Shown here: positions 17,462 through 28,553 of the stretch, in pieces
Layout of the letters: each line of letters opens with the position of its first letter
How positions within the stretch are numbered: the first letter of the stretch is position 1
Sequence record: SRR31156797_3653
DNA: 46,114 bases
Direction: 5' to 3' (one strand)
Position numbers and translations under genes: made by a program
Notes under the pieces: generated by a model
Database searches by the model: none
Told to the model about the DNA's origin: nothing
Seen by the model: only the letters and a program-made list of their open reading frames with translations

Positions 17462-17744
17462 AGAATCTCCTTTACTATCTGATTTCTTCGCATGTTAAAA
17501 GTCGGCGACTAGTCATCGATCCACATAGTCGATCTTAAAAAAGAAACCGTACTAGCTGTTGACAAGCAAGCAGGCAGTTTCTAAAAGGATCAGACCTCTT
17601 CAACCTGTAATTATACAATAGAATCTTTTTGAATACTAGCAAGTGCGCTAGTTTCTGCAGGTTTCTTGTAAAAGAACTGAAAAACGAAGGTGTCGAAACA
17701 ACAGTTTGTTCCATCACTTCTTTAAAGTAGTCTTTTTTTCCGTC

Positions 17745-17776
17745 AAAAAAGCATCCTTTTACTGAAAGGATGCTTA
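17745..17776 (-). terminator. Terminator of the amino-acid ABC operon
   Basis: AAGCATCCTTT/AAAGGATGCTT stem plus TTTT on the minus strand. Confidence 0.7.
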
Positions 17777-17821
17777 GAAAAAGTCCAAAATTGTCATTTG
17801 CAACTGCGAGCTTCTCGCATT

Positions 17822-18547
17822 TTACAATACTTTACTTAAAAAATCAATGGTTCTCGGGTTTTTCGGATGATCAAAGAGCTGTTCTGGCGTTCCTTCCTCC
17901 ATAATGATTCCCTGATCCATAAATAAAATCCGATCCGCGACTTCCTTCGCAAAGCCCATTTCATGAGTGACGATGACCATCGTCATTCCTTGCTGAGCCA
18001 AACGCTGCATGACAGACAATACTTCGCCAACCATTTCAGGGTCTAACGCAGAAGTCGGTTCATCAAAGAGCATCACATCCGGTTCCATCGCCAAGGCACG
18101 TGCAATAGCGATCCGTTGCATTTGTCCACCAGATAGACTTTGTGGATAGGAGTTTGCCTTATCAGGCAGACCTACATCATTCAATAGTTGCTTTGCTAGT
18201 GTTTCAGCAGCTGGTTTTGCTACCTTTTTGACTTTCGTCGGGGACAAAGTAATGTTTTCTAAAACCGTCATATTCGGGAAAAGATTGAAATTTTGAAAAA
18301 CCATGCCCATTTTTTCCCGCATCTTATACAAATCATTCTTTGGATCGGTAATATCGGTTCCTTCAAAAAAGATTTTTCCGCTTGTCGGTACTTCTAGTAA
18401 GTTTAAACAGCGTAAGAACGTGCTTTTTCCTGAACCAGATGGTCCAATCACCACAACGACTTCTCCTTGCTCGATCGTCGTTGTGATCCCTTTCAGCACT
18501 TGATTGCTGCCAAAGGTTTTGTGTAACTCTTGAATATCTAACATCAT
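17822..18547 (-). CDS. Polar amino-acid ABC transporter ATP-binding protein (GlnQ/ArtM-like)
   Basis: [24 protein letters not shown]. Confidence 0.95.
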   Translation of the reverse strand: MMLDIQELHKTFGSNQVLKGITTTIEQGEVVVVIGPSGSGKSTFLRCLNLLEVPTSGKIFFEGTDITDPKNDLYKMREKMGMVFQNFNLFPNMTVLENITLSPTKVKKVAKPAAETLAKQLLNDVGLPDKANSYPQSLSGGQMQRIAIARALAMEPDVMLFDEPTSALDPEMVGEVLSVMQRLAQQGMTMVIVTHEMGFAKEVADRILFMDQGIIMEEGTPEQLFDHPKNPRTIDFLSKVL

Positions 18548-18563
18548 AGCTTGTCTTCTCCTT

Positions 18564-19253
18564 TTAACGACGATAGCCTTTTCCTAGTTTCTTTTCCCAT
18601 AAACTCAATAGTCGCGAAGTCGTAAACGTCAAGATGAAATAAATGACCGCCGCCACATAGAAAGGCGTTAATGGTTGGAAAGAACTGGTGACAACGATCT
18701 GCGCACTGTTCATCAGCTCGTAGATGCCGATCGTTGAAAGCAAAGAGGAATCCTTGATCAAAACGATAAATTCATTGCCTAGTGGCGGCAAGATGTTGCG
18801 TAGTGCTTGTGGCAATACGACATAACGCATCGTTTGAAAAGGCCGCAGCCCTAAAGAACCAGCCGCTTCTGTTTGACCGTAATCAACGGCATTGATTCCC
18901 CCTCGGACGATCTCAGCAACATATGCCCCAGAATTAAGCGAGAGCGCAATGATCCCAGGAAATAACCGCCCAAAATCAAGACTCAACACACCGATCGAGA
19001 CTGTCGGCAAGGCAAACATGCCTTGCAAAAGACCAAAAGCGATCAATATCTGCACCAACATTGGTGTGCCGCGGATGACTTCAATATACGCATTAGCAAA
19101 CCAGCGCAAAGGCGTCACTTTTGATAATTTCATTAGGGCAAAAATCACCCCTAGAATCGTTCCAAAGATCACGGTGATGATAGAGATCACGATGGTGATC
19201 ACCACACCAGAAAGAAAATAAGGGTAATATATCGCTAAAAAGGATAAATCCAT
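18564..19253 (-). CDS. Polar amino-acid ABC transporter permease
   Basis: [33 protein letters not shown]. Confidence 0.95.
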   Translation of the reverse strand: MDLSFLAIYYPYFLSGVVITIVISIITVIFGTILGVIFALMKLSKVTPLRWFANAYIEVIRGTPMLVQILIAFGLLQGMFALPTVSIGVLSLDFGRLFPGIIALSLNSGAYVAEIVRGGINAVDYGQTEAAGSLGLRPFQTMRYVVLPQALRNILPPLGNEFIVLIKDSSLLSTIGIYELMNSAQIVVTSSFQPLTPFYVAAVIYFILTFTTSRLLSLWEKKLGKGYRR

Positions 19254-19275
19254 AATTGTGTCTACTCCGTTCTAT

Positions 19276-20121
19276 CTATTGCGCCGCATTTTCGTTGGCT
19301 AGATCTGTGTTCTTTTGTACATACTCATCGATTGTACCATCTTCAATCAATTCTTTCAAAATACTGTTTAGCTCTTCTTGTAGTTCGGTACTCCCTTTAG
19401 GTAAAGCAATTGCATAAGAATCGCCTTCAGACGCTTCTAATGCTACATCAGTGATCACGAGGTCATCATTTTGTGCAACATACGATTCAGCCACCGCACT
19501 TTCAAGCACCAAACCGTCGATCGATCCTTGTTTCAATTCATTGACTAGATTCGGAACTTTGGCGATGGAAACCAATTGCGAATCCGCTAATTGGTCTTGA
19601 ACGATCATTTCTTGGATCGAGCCTTTTTGAGCGCCTACCTTTTTGCCAGACAAGCTTTCGATTGAATCAAATGCCGACTCATTGTTTTTATTAACAACTA
19701 CTTTTTGTTCTGGTGTAAAATAGTTATCGGTGAAATCAAAAGTCTGTTTACGTTCGTCAGTTGCTGAGATGCCTGAAACAGCGATATCGGCTTTTCCTTG
19801 TTGCAAAGCAGTCAAGACAGCATTGAAATCAAGGTCCAAAATATTCACTTCGACACCAAGACGATCAGCGATCTCATTGACCATATCGATATCTGCGCCC
19901 ACGATCGTATCTTTGCCATCAATCAAGGCATGAAATTCAAAGGGGGCAAAGTCAGCAGAAGTTGCCACATTTAACACACCGGCTGCTTTGATGGCTTCCA
20001 ATTGGTTATCCGCCGAACCGCTGGCACTAGAACTGCCAGTACTCGATGAGCCGCCATTTCCACAAGCTCCTAAAACCAAAATCCCCGTCAATACAACAAG
20101 TGCTCCAAATAATTTTTTCAT
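19276..20121 (-). CDS. Polar amino-acid ABC transporter substrate-binding lipoprotein
   Basis: Lipobox LGAC, Ser/Gly linker, SADFAPFEF, GISATDERK. Confidence 0.93.
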   Translation of the reverse strand: MKKLFGALVVLTGILVLGACGNGGSSSTGSSSASGSADNQLEAIKAAGVLNVATSADFAPFEFHALIDGKDTIVGADIDMVNEIADRLGVEVNILDLDFNAVLTALQQGKADIAVSGISATDERKQTFDFTDNYFTPEQKVVVNKNNESAFDSIESLSGKKVGAQKGSIQEMIVQDQLADSQLVSIAKVPNLVNELKQGSIDGLVLESAVAESYVAQNDDLVITDVALEASEGDSYAIALPKGSTELQEELNSILKELIEDGTIDEYVQKNTDLANENAAQ

Positions 20122-20142
20122 TAAAAACGCTCCTCTTCAAAA

Positions 20143-20247
20143 CAAATATTTATGCAATATAATCTTCTTATATTCAGAATATATACATAATAGCACAGAA
20201 TAATTAAATTTTAAACTAAAAACTTCGTCATTTGCACGATTTATTCA
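20143..20247 (-). promoter_or_regulatory. Possible ARG-box-like sites and promoter of the ABC operon
   Basis: TGCATAAATATTTG (20156-20143) and TGAATAAATCGTGC (20247-20234) resemble ArgR boxes; extended -10 TGcTATTAT at 20195-20187. The matches are degenerate in an AT-rich context. Confidence 0.35.
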
Positions 20248-20261
20248 ATAACACTTTTAAT

Positions 20262-20309
20262 AAAAAAATACTAGGATACCCTCTCTCTAATCAGAGTGGA
20301 TATCCTAGT
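20262..20309 (-). terminator. Terminator of the fab/acc operon
   Basis: ACTAGGATA...TATCCTAGT inverted repeat followed by TTTTTTT on the minus strand, just after the accA stop. Confidence 0.7.
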
Positions 20310-20311
20310 TG

Positions 20312-21097
20312 TTAAAATCGGCGAAAACGCTGATACCTTGCCTCAAGCAATTCTTCTGTTTGCAACGTAGAAAGTTCAGCGAGTTTCGTTGAAATTGCCG
20401 CTTTCATCTGTTCCATCAATTGCTCTTTCGGTAAAAAGGCCTCTTCATGGGTTTCAGCAATCACTTTTTCAATAACGCCTAATTCAAATAGTTCTTGGGC
20501 AGTGATCTTCATTAAACCAGCAGCTTCTTTGGCCCGGCTACCATCTTTCCATAGGATCGAAGCAAAGCCTTCGGGAGATAAAATGGCATAGATCGAGTGT
20601 TCCATCATCCACACTTCATCCCCTAAAGCCAGTGCTAAAGCACCGCCGCTGCCGCCTTCACCAATGATGATTGCCAAGATCGGCACCGTTAAATCGGACA
20701 TTTCCATCAAGTTACGGGCAATCGCTTCACCTTCTCCCCGTTCTTCCGCGCCAATACCACAAAACGCCCCTGCTGTATTGATCAATGTGACCACAGGTCG
20801 CTGAAATTTTTCTGCTTGCTTCATTAAGCGTAACGCTTTTCGATAGCCTTCAGGATGTGGTGAGCCAAAGTTTCTGCGTAAATTTTCAGGTAGATTACGG
20901 CCTTTTTGAATACCGATCACGGTCACTGGCTTGCCATCTAAACAAGCTATCCCGCCAACAACGGCTTCATCTTCGCCAAACAGACGGTCTCCATGAAACT
21001 CTTCAAACTCAGAAAAAATGCCTTCAAAGTAATCCAGTGCCGTCAAGCGGTCTTTGCTGCGAGCGAGTTCAACGATTTCGTGGGCTGCTCTAGTCAT
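20312..21097 (-). CDS. accA: Acetyl-CoA carboxylase carboxyltransferase alpha
   Basis: [33 protein letters not shown]. Confidence 0.97.
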   Translation of the reverse strand: MTRAAHEIVELARSKDRLTALDYFEGIFSEFEEFHGDRLFGEDEAVVGGIACLDGKPVTVIGIQKGRNLPENLRRNFGSPHPEGYRKALRLMKQAEKFQRPVVTLINTAGAFCGIGAEERGEGEAIARNLMEMSDLTVPILAIIIGEGGSGGALALALGDEVWMMEHSIYAILSPEGFASILWKDGSRAKEAAGLMKITAQELFELGVIEKVIAETHEEAFLPKEQLMEQMKAAISTKLAELSTLQTEELLEARYQRFRRF

Positions 21098-21959
21098 TGC
21101 GATTCCATCCTTTCCGCGTATGCAAAGAAATCAAATGGTGGATTTTCTCCCGCAAGTTCGTCCGTGGAACGATTTGATCGACAAAGCCATGATCTAACAG
21201 GAACTCTGCCTTTTGAAAATCTTCAGGTAGTTCCTGACGAATGGTTTGTTCAATCACACGTCGTCCAGCAAAACCGATCAATGCTTGCGGTTCTGCCAGG
21301 ATGATATCCCCTTCCATCGCAAAACTAGCGGTAACGCCACCGGTGGTCGGGTCCGTTAAAACCGTTAGATAAAACAAGCCAGCTTTACTGTGGCGTTTTA
21401 CTGCCGCGGAGATCTTCGCCATTTGCATCAGTGACAAAATCCCTTCTTGCATCCGAGCCCCACCCGAAGCGGTAAAAAGAACAACTGGTAGCTGTTTTTC
21501 GATCGCACGTTCAAACAAACGGGTGATTTTCTCCCCCACGACCGTTCCCATACTGCCCATGATGAAATTCGCATCCATGACACCGATTGCTAACGGCAAT
21601 CCTCGAACTTTGGCTTCTCCCGTTAGAACAGCCTCATGCAAACCAGTTTTTTCTTGCATTTGTGCGACTTTATCCAGGTACCCTGGGAAATCAAGGGGAT
21701 CTTTTGTGGTAACATCTGTGTCCCATTCTTCAAAACTTTTTTCATCAATCGTGATAGCGATCCGTTCCCAGGCGCTGATCCGGAAATTATACCCGCAGTG
21801 GGGACAGACTTTTTCTGCCCCCATCTCCTTCGTATAAAGCGTTCGTTTGCAACTAGGACATTTCGCCCAAAGATTATCTGGGACGACTGGTTCGTTCGTT
21901 GGCAGCTGACCTCGATTAGGATTGATGCGAATGTAGTTTTTTTTCTTAAATAAAGCCAC
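21090..21959 (-). CDS. accD: Acetyl-CoA carboxylase carboxyltransferase beta
   Basis: CPSC/CPHC zinc finger, [20 protein letters not shown]. Confidence 0.97.
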   Translation of the reverse strand: MALFKKKNYIRINPNRGQLPTNEPVVPDNLWAKCPSCKRTLYTKEMGAEKVCPHCGYNFRISAWERIAITIDEKSFEEWDTDVTTKDPLDFPGYLDKVAQMQEKTGLHEAVLTGEAKVRGLPLAIGVMDANFIMGSMGTVVGEKITRLFERAIEKQLPVVLFTASGGARMQEGILSLMQMAKISAAVKRHSKAGLFYLTVLTDPTTGGVTASFAMEGDIILAEPQALIGFAGRRVIEQTIRQELPEDFQKAEFLLDHGFVDQIVPRTNLREKIHHLISLHTRKGWNRND

Positions 21960-21971
21960 TCAACTTCCCTC

Positions 21972-23336
21972 CTATTGTTCAGGTGTCCAATTTGGCAAAA
22001 ATTCCTCTTGTAAAAAGGCGGTTGTATAGTCTCCCGCAATCACTTTCGGGTGACTGATCAAGTCCATTTGGAATTCTGCATTCGTAATGACACCATCGGT
22101 CACTAATTCAGCTAACGCCCGCTGCATTTTCATCAATGCTTCAAAACGGTTCTCGCCGTGAACGATCACTTTAGCGATCATGGAATCATAATAAGGCGGG
22201 ATCGTATAGCCGGAATACATGGCACTGTCTACCCGTACACCCAAGCCTCCACCAGGCAGAAATAAATTGTTGATCTTGCCTGGTGACGGTGCAAAATTGA
22301 AGGCTGGATTTTCTGCATTGATCCGACATTCGATTGCCGCACCTGTCATCTTGATGTCTGCTTGTGTCAAGCCTAGCGGTTCGCCACTAGCAACTTCGAG
22401 TTGTTTTTTGACTAGATCAATGTTCGTCACCATTTCAGTGATGGGGTGTTCCACTTGGATTCGAGTGTTCATTTCCATGAAATAAAACGCCCCAGTGTCT
22501 GCCATTAAAAACTCGATCGTGCCGGCATTTCGATACCCTACCGCTTGTGCGGCACGTACCGCTGCTTCTCCTAGCTCTGCTCGTTTGCTTTCAGAAATCA
22601 CCACAGAAGGAGATTCTTCCAACACTTTTTGGTTGTTGCGTTGCAGCGAGCAATCGCGTTCACCAAGGTGGATAATATTACCAAAAGAATCACCTAACAC
22701 TTGCACTTCTATGTGTCGAGCAGGATAAATGATTTTTTCAATGTACATTTCATCGTTGCCAAATGCCGCTTTCGCCTCTTGCTGTGCCGAAGCAAAATGA
22801 TGTGGTAACGCTTCTTTATCGGCGACTTTCCGTATCCCTTTACCGCCACCGCCGGCTGCTGCTTTGAGCATGACCGGGTAACCAATCTCTTCAGCGATCG
22901 TTAAAGCTTCTTCCACATCAGAAATCGCGCCTTTGCTTCCGGGAATGACCGGTACTTCTGCTTCGATCATCAAGCGTCTTGCATTGATTTTGTTTCCCAT
23001 TGCATCGATAGTCTCACTCTTTGGCCCAATAAAGACGATATTGCATTCCTCGCACATCGCAGCAAAGCGGCTATTCTCTGAAAGAAAGCCAAAGCCGGGA
23101 TGGATCGCCTCAGCCTTTGTGACGATCGCAGCGCTTAGGATCTGCTGTACATTCAAATAAGAGTCAGCTGCTTTGGCAGGTCCGATACAAATCGCTTCAT
23201 CGGCAAGCTCTGTGTGCAACGCTTCTTTATCTGCTTCTGAATAAACGGCGACCGTTTGAATACCTAATTCGCGACAAGCGCGAATGATACGTACGGCGAT
23301 TTCGCCACGGTTTGCGATCAATACTTTAGAAAACAT
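21972..23336 (-). CDS. accC: Biotin carboxylase
   Basis: IANRGEIAVR, GGGGKG, ERDCSLQR, EMNTRIQVEH. Confidence 0.98.
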   Translation of the reverse strand: MFSKVLIANRGEIAVRIIRACRELGIQTVAVYSEADKEALHTELADEAICIGPAKAADSYLNVQQILSAAIVTKAEAIHPGFGFLSENSRFAAMCEECNIVFIGPKSETIDAMGNKINARRLMIEAEVPVIPGSKGAISDVEEALTIAEEIGYPVMLKAAAGGGGKGIRKVADKEALPHHFASAQQEAKAAFGNDEMYIEKIIYPARHIEVQVLGDSFGNIIHLGERDCSLQRNNQKVLEESPSVVISESKRAELGEAAVRAAQAVGYRNAGTIEFLMADTGAFYFMEMNTRIQVEHPITEMVTNIDLVKKQLEVASGEPLGLTQADIKMTGAAIECRINAENPAFNFAPSPGKINNLFLPGGGLGVRVDSAMYSGYTIPPYYDSMIAKVIVHGENRFEALMKMQRALAELVTDGVITNAEFQMDLISHPKVIAGDYTTAFLQEEFLPNWTPEQ

Positions 23337-23343
23337 GTCTCAC

Positions 23344-23772
23344 CTATCCAATCATGAAAGTCAATTCTGCTTCCGCCACTTTTTTCCCATCAACATAGGC
23401 AATTCCTTTGCCGATGCCGGCTGCAGATTTTACTTTGATTATTTCTACTTCTAAGATCAAGGTATCGCCTGGTGTTACTTTTTTTCTGAATTTTGCTTTG
23501 TCTAAACCGCCAAAGTAGGCAGTTTTCCCACGAAAGTCTTCCAATGACAATAATGCCACAGCACCTGCTTGCGCCATTGCTTCCACGATCAATACTCCAG
23601 GCATCACTGGTTCATGGGGAAAATGGCCTTGGAAAAACGGCTCATTAATGGTAACGTTTTTCTTCGCAACGACCCGTTTGCCTTCTTCTAACTCCTCAAC
23701 GCGATCCACTAAAAGCATCGGATAACGATGAGGGATGATTTCTTTGATTTCTTGAATCGTTAATGCGCTCAT
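23344..23772 (-). CDS. fabZ: 3-hydroxyacyl-ACP dehydratase
   Basis: [28 protein letters not shown]. Confidence 0.96.
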   Translation of the reverse strand: MSALTIQEIKEIIPHRYPMLLVDRVEELEEGKRVVAKKNVTINEPFFQGHFPHEPVMPGVLIVEAMAQAGAVALLSLEDFRGKTAYFGGLDKAKFRKKVTPGDTLILEVEIIKVKSAAGIGKGIAYVDGKKVAEAELTFMIG

Positions 23773-23776
23773 TGCT

Positions 23777-24259
23777 TTACCCTTCTTTCACACGGAATAA
23801 TGGTTGATTGAATTCAACGATTTGTTCGCTTTCAACCAAGACTTCAACCAATTCGCCATCGACGTCGCTGACGATTTCATTCATGACTTTCATCGCTTCA
23901 ACGATACAAAGAATATCGCCTTTTTTCACGTGATCGCCGATTTGCTTAAAGTTATCTTTGTCAGGACTTGGTTTCAAATAAACGACACCCACTAACGGCG
24001 AGACAACTTCTTTGCCCTCTAAGACAGGTTTCGCCGCTTCTACTGTGTCAGGTGTCGCTGAGACAGCAGGCGTTGGTACAACAGGAGTTGGCGCAGCATT
24101 CGCTGCAGGAGCAGGCGCAGGTGTAGATTGTGCATTTTGTAGCCCACTTGTCGTATTTTTATTAAAATAAAGTTCAAACGTCTCTTTTTTTAATTGAAGC
24201 TCAGTTAACGTCGATTGATCGAATTGGCTGAGCAGCTCTTTTATCTCATGTGTTTCCAA
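23777..24259 (-). CDS. accB: Biotin carboxyl carrier protein
   Basis: EAMKVMNE biotinylation motif, Pro/Ala linker. TTG start directly after the fabF stop. Confidence 0.96.
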   Translation of the reverse strand: METHEIKELLSQFDQSTLTELQLKKETFELYFNKNTTSGLQNAQSTPAPAPAANAAPTPVVPTPAVSATPDTVEAAKPVLEGKEVVSPLVGVVYLKPSPDKDNFKQIGDHVKKGDILCIVEAMKVMNEIVSDVDGELVEVLVESEQIVEFNQPLFRVKEG

Positions 24260-25498
24260 TTACGCTTCCTCCCAACGTTTCAGCAAGATCACTGCATTAT
24301 GACCGCCAAACCCAAGTGAATTACTCATGGCATAGGTCAATTCTGCTGGTTGGCTTTGATTGATAACAACGTTCAAGTCGATCTCAGGATCTTGTTCTGT
24401 CACGTTGATGGTTGGTGGAATAAATTGATGTTGTAATGCTAATAGTGAAGCAATGGCTTCGATTCCACCAGCCGCCCCAAGCAAATGACCAGTCATTGAC
24501 TTTGTACTGCTGACATATGGTTTTTTATAGTCTTCGCCCAATCCGTATTGGATCGATGTCGCTTCTGCACTGTCATTGGCGGGCGTGCTTGTACCGTGGG
24601 CATTGATGTAACCAACTTCAGCTGGGGTAATCGCCGCTTCTTGCATCGCTAATTTCATTGCTTTTCCAGCACCTGATCCATCAGGGTTTGGCGCAGTCAT
24701 ATGGTAGGCATCACAGTTCGCACCGTACCCTACGACTTCACCTAAAATCGTTGCCCCACGTTTTTGTGCATGCGCCAATGATTCTAAAATGAAGACGCCA
24801 GCGCCTTCACCCATGACAAATCCACTACGATTTTTATCAAACGGAACGGAAGCTTTGTCAGGGTCTGATTCAGTGGTTAACGCCGTCAGAGAAGCAAAAC
24901 CAGCAATACCGATTTCACAGATCGTCGCTTCTGAACCACCAGCGATCATGACATCTGCATAGCCATGCTTGATGTTTCGGAAAGCTTCACCGATTGAATG
25001 GGTACCAGAAGCACAGGCGGAAACAGTCGTCGTACAAATGCCTTTCGCACCTACCCGTAACGCAATGTTGCCGGCAACCATATTTACGATCGACATCGGT
25101 ACGAACATTGGTGATACCCGATTTGCTCCTTTGTCATGCATTCGAATCACTTGGTCTTGAATCGTTGGCAAGCCGCCGATCCCCGAACCAACCATCACGC
25201 CAAAACGATCCACATCAATGGTTTCTGTATCTAACTTCGCCATTTCCATCGCTTCTAACGCCGCATAAATTCCATAAATGGAAAAAAGATCCATCCGCTT
25301 CGTATCTTTTTTAACGAAGTACTTTTCTAACGGAAAATCTTTGACTTCAGCGGCAACTGAGATCCCTGTTGCTTCTGCGTCAAATTTTGTAATCGGGCCG
25401 ATGCCGTTGGTCCCGTTTTGTAAACTTGCTAAAAATGTTTCTGGGTCATTTCCGATTGGAGAAGTGACGCCGTATCCTGTAACTACTACTCGATTCAT
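24260..25498 (-). CDS. fabF: Beta-ketoacyl-ACP synthase II
   Basis: ACASG, HGTST, KSMTGHLLGAAG, SNSLGFGGHN. Confidence 0.97.
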   Translation of the reverse strand: MNRVVVTGYGVTSPIGNDPETFLASLQNGTNGIGPITKFDAEATGISVAAEVKDFPLEKYFVKKDTKRMDLFSIYGIYAALEAMEMAKLDTETIDVDRFGVMVGSGIGGLPTIQDQVIRMHDKGANRVSPMFVPMSIVNMVAGNIALRVGAKGICTTTVSACASGTHSIGEAFRNIKHGYADVMIAGGSEATICEIGIAGFASLTALTTESDPDKASVPFDKNRSGFVMGEGAGVFILESLAHAQKRGATILGEVVGYGANCDAYHMTAPNPDGSGAGKAMKLAMQEAAITPAEVGYINAHGTSTPANDSAEATSIQYGLGEDYKKPYVSSTKSMTGHLLGAAGGIEAIASLLALQHQFIPPTINVTEQDPEIDLNVVINQSQPAELTYAMSNSLGFGGHNAVILLKRWEEA

Positions 25499-25510
25499 CT
25501 ATTCTTCCTC

Positions 25511-26248
25511 CTACCCTTGCATTGCCATCCCGCCGTCTACACTGATCACCTGACCAGTGATGTAGGGGCTTTTTGCTAAAAAGACTGCTGTTTGCGCAAC
25601 ATCCTGTGTGGAACCAAAACGCTGTAACGGAATATTTGCCAATGATTGTTCTTTGACTTTATCCGACAGCACTTCAGTCATCTCTGTTTCGATAAAACCT
25701 GGGGCGATCGCATTGCAGGTGATCCCCCGAGCGGCACCTTCACGAGCGGCAGATTTCGTAAAACCGATCACGCCAGCTTTACTTGCCGCATAGTTGGCTT
25801 GCCCGATATTTCCCGTCAAGCCGACCACACTCGTCAAATTGATGATGCGGCCTTCTCGCAACTTCATCATTATTTTCAGCGCGTGCTGCGTCATATTGAA
25901 GGTACCAGTCAAATTGATTTTGATCACGGAATCAAAATCTTCCGGTTTCATTCTCAACAATAATTTGTCATTCGTGATCCCGGCATTATTGACTAAAATG
26001 TGGATCGGTCCGACTGCCGCTTCTGCTTCCGAAAGCATGGCTGCCGCTTGATCAAAATCAGAAATGTCCCCATTGATTGCTACACATTTCACGCCGTAGC
26101 TGGTGATGCGATCGATCAGTGACTGGGGAATTTCTTTTCGTCCATTTAAAACGATATTCGCTCCTTCTTTGGCAAAGGCTTCCGCGATAGTAAAACCGAT
26201 CCCTCGCGAGCTACCAGTTACAAAGACGTTTTTATTTTGCAGATCCAT
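25511..26248 (-). CDS. fabG: 3-oxoacyl-ACP reductase
   Basis: TGSSRGIG, NNAGIT, YAASK. Confidence 0.97.
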   Translation of the reverse strand: MDLQNKNVFVTGSSRGIGFTIAEAFAKEGANIVLNGRKEIPQSLIDRITSYGVKCVAINGDISDFDQAAAMLSEAEAAVGPIHILVNNAGITNDKLLLRMKPEDFDSVIKINLTGTFNMTQHALKIMMKLREGRIINLTSVVGLTGNIGQANYAASKAGVIGFTKSAAREGAARGITCNAIAPGFIETEMTEVLSDKVKEQSLANIPLQRFGSTQDVAQTAVFLAKSPYITGQVISVDGGMAMQG

Positions 26249-26257
26249 AAATTCCTC

Positions 26258-27181
26258 CTAGTTGAATCGGGCTAGTGTATCTGCCAACGTTTGGCTATCT
26301 TCTACACGCGCAGTCTGGATTTCTTTGTCTATTTTCTTCATAAAACCGCTCAATACTTTTCCTGGTCCGATCTCGATGACTTGTTGGATGCCAAGTTCCT
26401 TCAGTGTCGCAATGCTTTCGTAAAAACGCACTGGTGATTTCACTTGCAGCGTCAACAGTTCCTTGATTTGGTCTTGCTGCATCGGCTGCGCGGTCGTATT
26501 GCTGATGACAGGTACTTGCAACTCATCAAAGGTAATTTGAGCTAATTCCTGTGCTAATTGCTGCGATGCCAGTTCCAACAAAGCAGTATGGAAAGGACCG
26601 CTGACATTTAAAGGAATCACCCGTTTGGTTCCAGCAGCTTGTAACAATTCCACCGCTTTATCCACTGCCGGCGCTTCACCGCCAATAACGATCTGCTGCG
26701 GCGTATTGTAATTCGCTGGTGTCACGATCCCGACTTGACTTGCTTCTTTACAGATTTCTTCAATCGTTTCAGCGGGTGTGTTCATCACAGCGACCATTTT
26801 CCCAACACCTGCAGGCGCCGCACTTGCCATATACCGACCGCGCTTTTGCACCAATGCGACTGCGGTCTGGAAATCAAGCGCACCACTAGCGACTAAGGCT
26901 GTATATTCACCTAAACTTAAGCCAGCAACAGCATCTGCTTCGATTCCTTGCGCATCCAAAAGTCGCCAAAAAGCCGTGCTTACTGTTAAAATGGCAGGCT
27001 GTGTATATTCCGTCTGGTTTAAACGTTCGTTTTCAGTAAAGCATAACTCGGCCATATCATATCCTAGAATAGTGCTGGATTGTTCAAACGTCTCACGAAC
27101 GATTGCTTCTTGGTGATAGAGCTCTTCCCCCATTTTGGGGTACTGTGCACCTTGACCGCTAAATAAAAAGGCTGTCTTCAT
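26258..27181 (-). CDS. fabD: Malonyl-CoA:ACP transacylase
   Basis: FSGQGAQ, GLSLGEY, SGPFHT. Start at MKTAF after SD AAGGAG. Confidence 0.96.
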   Translation of the reverse strand: MKTAFLFSGQGAQYPKMGEELYHQEAIVRETFEQSSTILGYDMAELCFTENERLNQTEYTQPAILTVSTAFWRLLDAQGIEADAVAGLSLGEYTALVASGALDFQTAVALVQKRGRYMASAAPAGVGKMVAVMNTPAETIEEICKEASQVGIVTPANYNTPQQIVIGGEAPAVDKAVELLQAAGTKRVIPLNVSGPFHTALLELASQQLAQELAQITFDELQVPVISNTTAQPMQQDQIKELLTLQVKSPVRFYESIATLKELGIQQVIEIGPGKVLSGFMKKIDKEIQTARVEDSQTLADTLARFN

Positions 27182-27267
27182 CTTGCACTCCTTCATTACT
27201 TTGTTCGTTGTTGTTGGAGAACATGGCTTCTTGCAGTTCGTCTATGAATCAGCAAAAACACGTTCTT

Positions 27268-27301
27268 AAAAAGGAAAGGCTAGGCTGTCTGCCTAGCCTT
27301 T
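27268..27301 (-). terminator. Intra-operonic hairpin/terminator after acpP
   Basis: 11-bp stem AAAGGCTAGGC/GCCTAGCCTTT followed by CCTTTTT on the minus strand. Confidence 0.65.
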
Positions 27302-27304
27302 GTT

Positions 27305-27529
27305 TTATGCTTGTTGTTTTTCTACATATTTAACTAGATCTTCAACGGTTGTGATACCATCTTCTGTTTCGATCTTCACATCGAATTCATCTTCGATCTC
27401 GTTAATGATTTGGAAAAGATCCAAGCTGTCTGCTTCTAAATCTTCTTGGATGTTCGTGTTCAATTTAATTTCTTCTTTTTCTTTTCCTAATTCTTCTGCT
27501 ACGATTTCTTGAATTTTTTCGAATACCAT
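27305..27529 (-). CDS. acpP: Acyl carrier protein (AcpA)
   Basis: DLEADSLD phosphopantetheine motif; acidic 74 aa. Confidence 0.96.
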   Translation of the reverse strand: MVFEKIQEIVAEELGKEKEEIKLNTNIQEDLEADSLDLFQIINEIEDEFDVKIETEDGITTVEDLVKYVEKQQA

Positions 27530-27581
27530 GTGTATATTCCTCCAATGTGTTTTTCAATAGTAATTTTGTTTCGTGAACAAG

Positions 27582-28544
27582 TTATAAGGTGGCTAACATA
27601 GTTCCCCATGTCAATCCGCCGCCAAAACCTGAGAACACCACTTTTTGACCACTGCCAAGGGACAGTGTACCTCGTTTGATTTCTTCATCTAGCAATAACG
27701 GAATCGAGGCTGCCGAAGTATTGCCATAATCTTGCATATTTTGCAAAAATTTCTCACGGGGTTGCTTCAGCTTGCGAGCAACTTTGTCTAAAATGCGTGA
27801 ATTTGCTTGGTGAAGCAAAAAATAATCAATTGCTTCATCTTGTATCAGATCATTGATCGAGGCGACCACATCACGCGTCGCAAAATCAAAGATTTCTCGT
27901 CCAATCATTTGCATACAAGCACTATACGCCGGAACGTTTTGTGAAAAAGGATTCTCATTCGTCCGAAAACCAGATGTTAAGGACATGCCTCGCGTCCCAT
28001 CTGCTTTTAAAGACTCTTTGAGCAAATGCTGCTCTGAAGATGCTTCCAGCAATAGACCACCGGCACCATCTCCGAATAAAACAGCCGTCGAACGGTCGTT
28101 CCAATCCAAGACCTTTGAAAGTACTTCTCCACCGATGACCAATCCTTTTTTAGAGCCTGTTCGAATCAGTTTTTCAGCCATAGACAATGCATAAACGAAA
28201 CCAGCACATGCTGCACTGATATCAAAAGCAAAGGCATTGACTGCCCCAATCGCCCCTTGGACTTGGCAAGCAACCGCCGGTGTATTGAAATCCGGTGTGA
28301 TCGTCGCTACCAAGATAAAATCCAGACTTTCTGCTGAAAGCTGAGCATCTTGCAAGAGCGTTTGAGCGACGCGAATACAAAGGTCAGAAGTGTTTTCGCC
28401 AACAGCGACTCTTCTTTGTTTGATTCCCGTGCGAGAATGAATCCATTCATCTGAAGTATCCATCAAATTTGATAGATCATCATTTGTTACGATTTTTTCT
28501 GGAACATAACTTGCAGTCGCGGTAATTTTTCCAAACATATTCAT
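27582..28544 (-). CDS. fabH: Beta-ketoacyl-ACP synthase III
   Basis: AACAGF, HQAN, GNTSAASIP, FGGGLTW. Confidence 0.97.
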   Translation of the reverse strand: MNMFGKITATASYVPEKIVTNDDLSNLMDTSDEWIHSRTGIKQRRVAVGENTSDLCIRVAQTLLQDAQLSAESLDFILVATITPDFNTPAVACQVQGAIGAVNAFAFDISAACAGFVYALSMAEKLIRTGSKKGLVIGGEVLSKVLDWNDRSTAVLFGDGAGGLLLEASSEQHLLKESLKADGTRGMSLTSGFRTNENPFSQNVPAYSACMQMIGREIFDFATRDVVASINDLIQDEAIDYFLLHQANSRILDKVARKLKQPREKFLQNMQDYGNTSAASIPLLLDEEIKRGTLSLGSGQKVVFSGFGGGLTWGTMLATL

Positions 28545-28553
28545 CCATTATTC

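Noticed and set aside
27182-27267. Spacer as a fabK remnant
   Set aside because: No recognisable FabK motif in any frame I read; too short to support.
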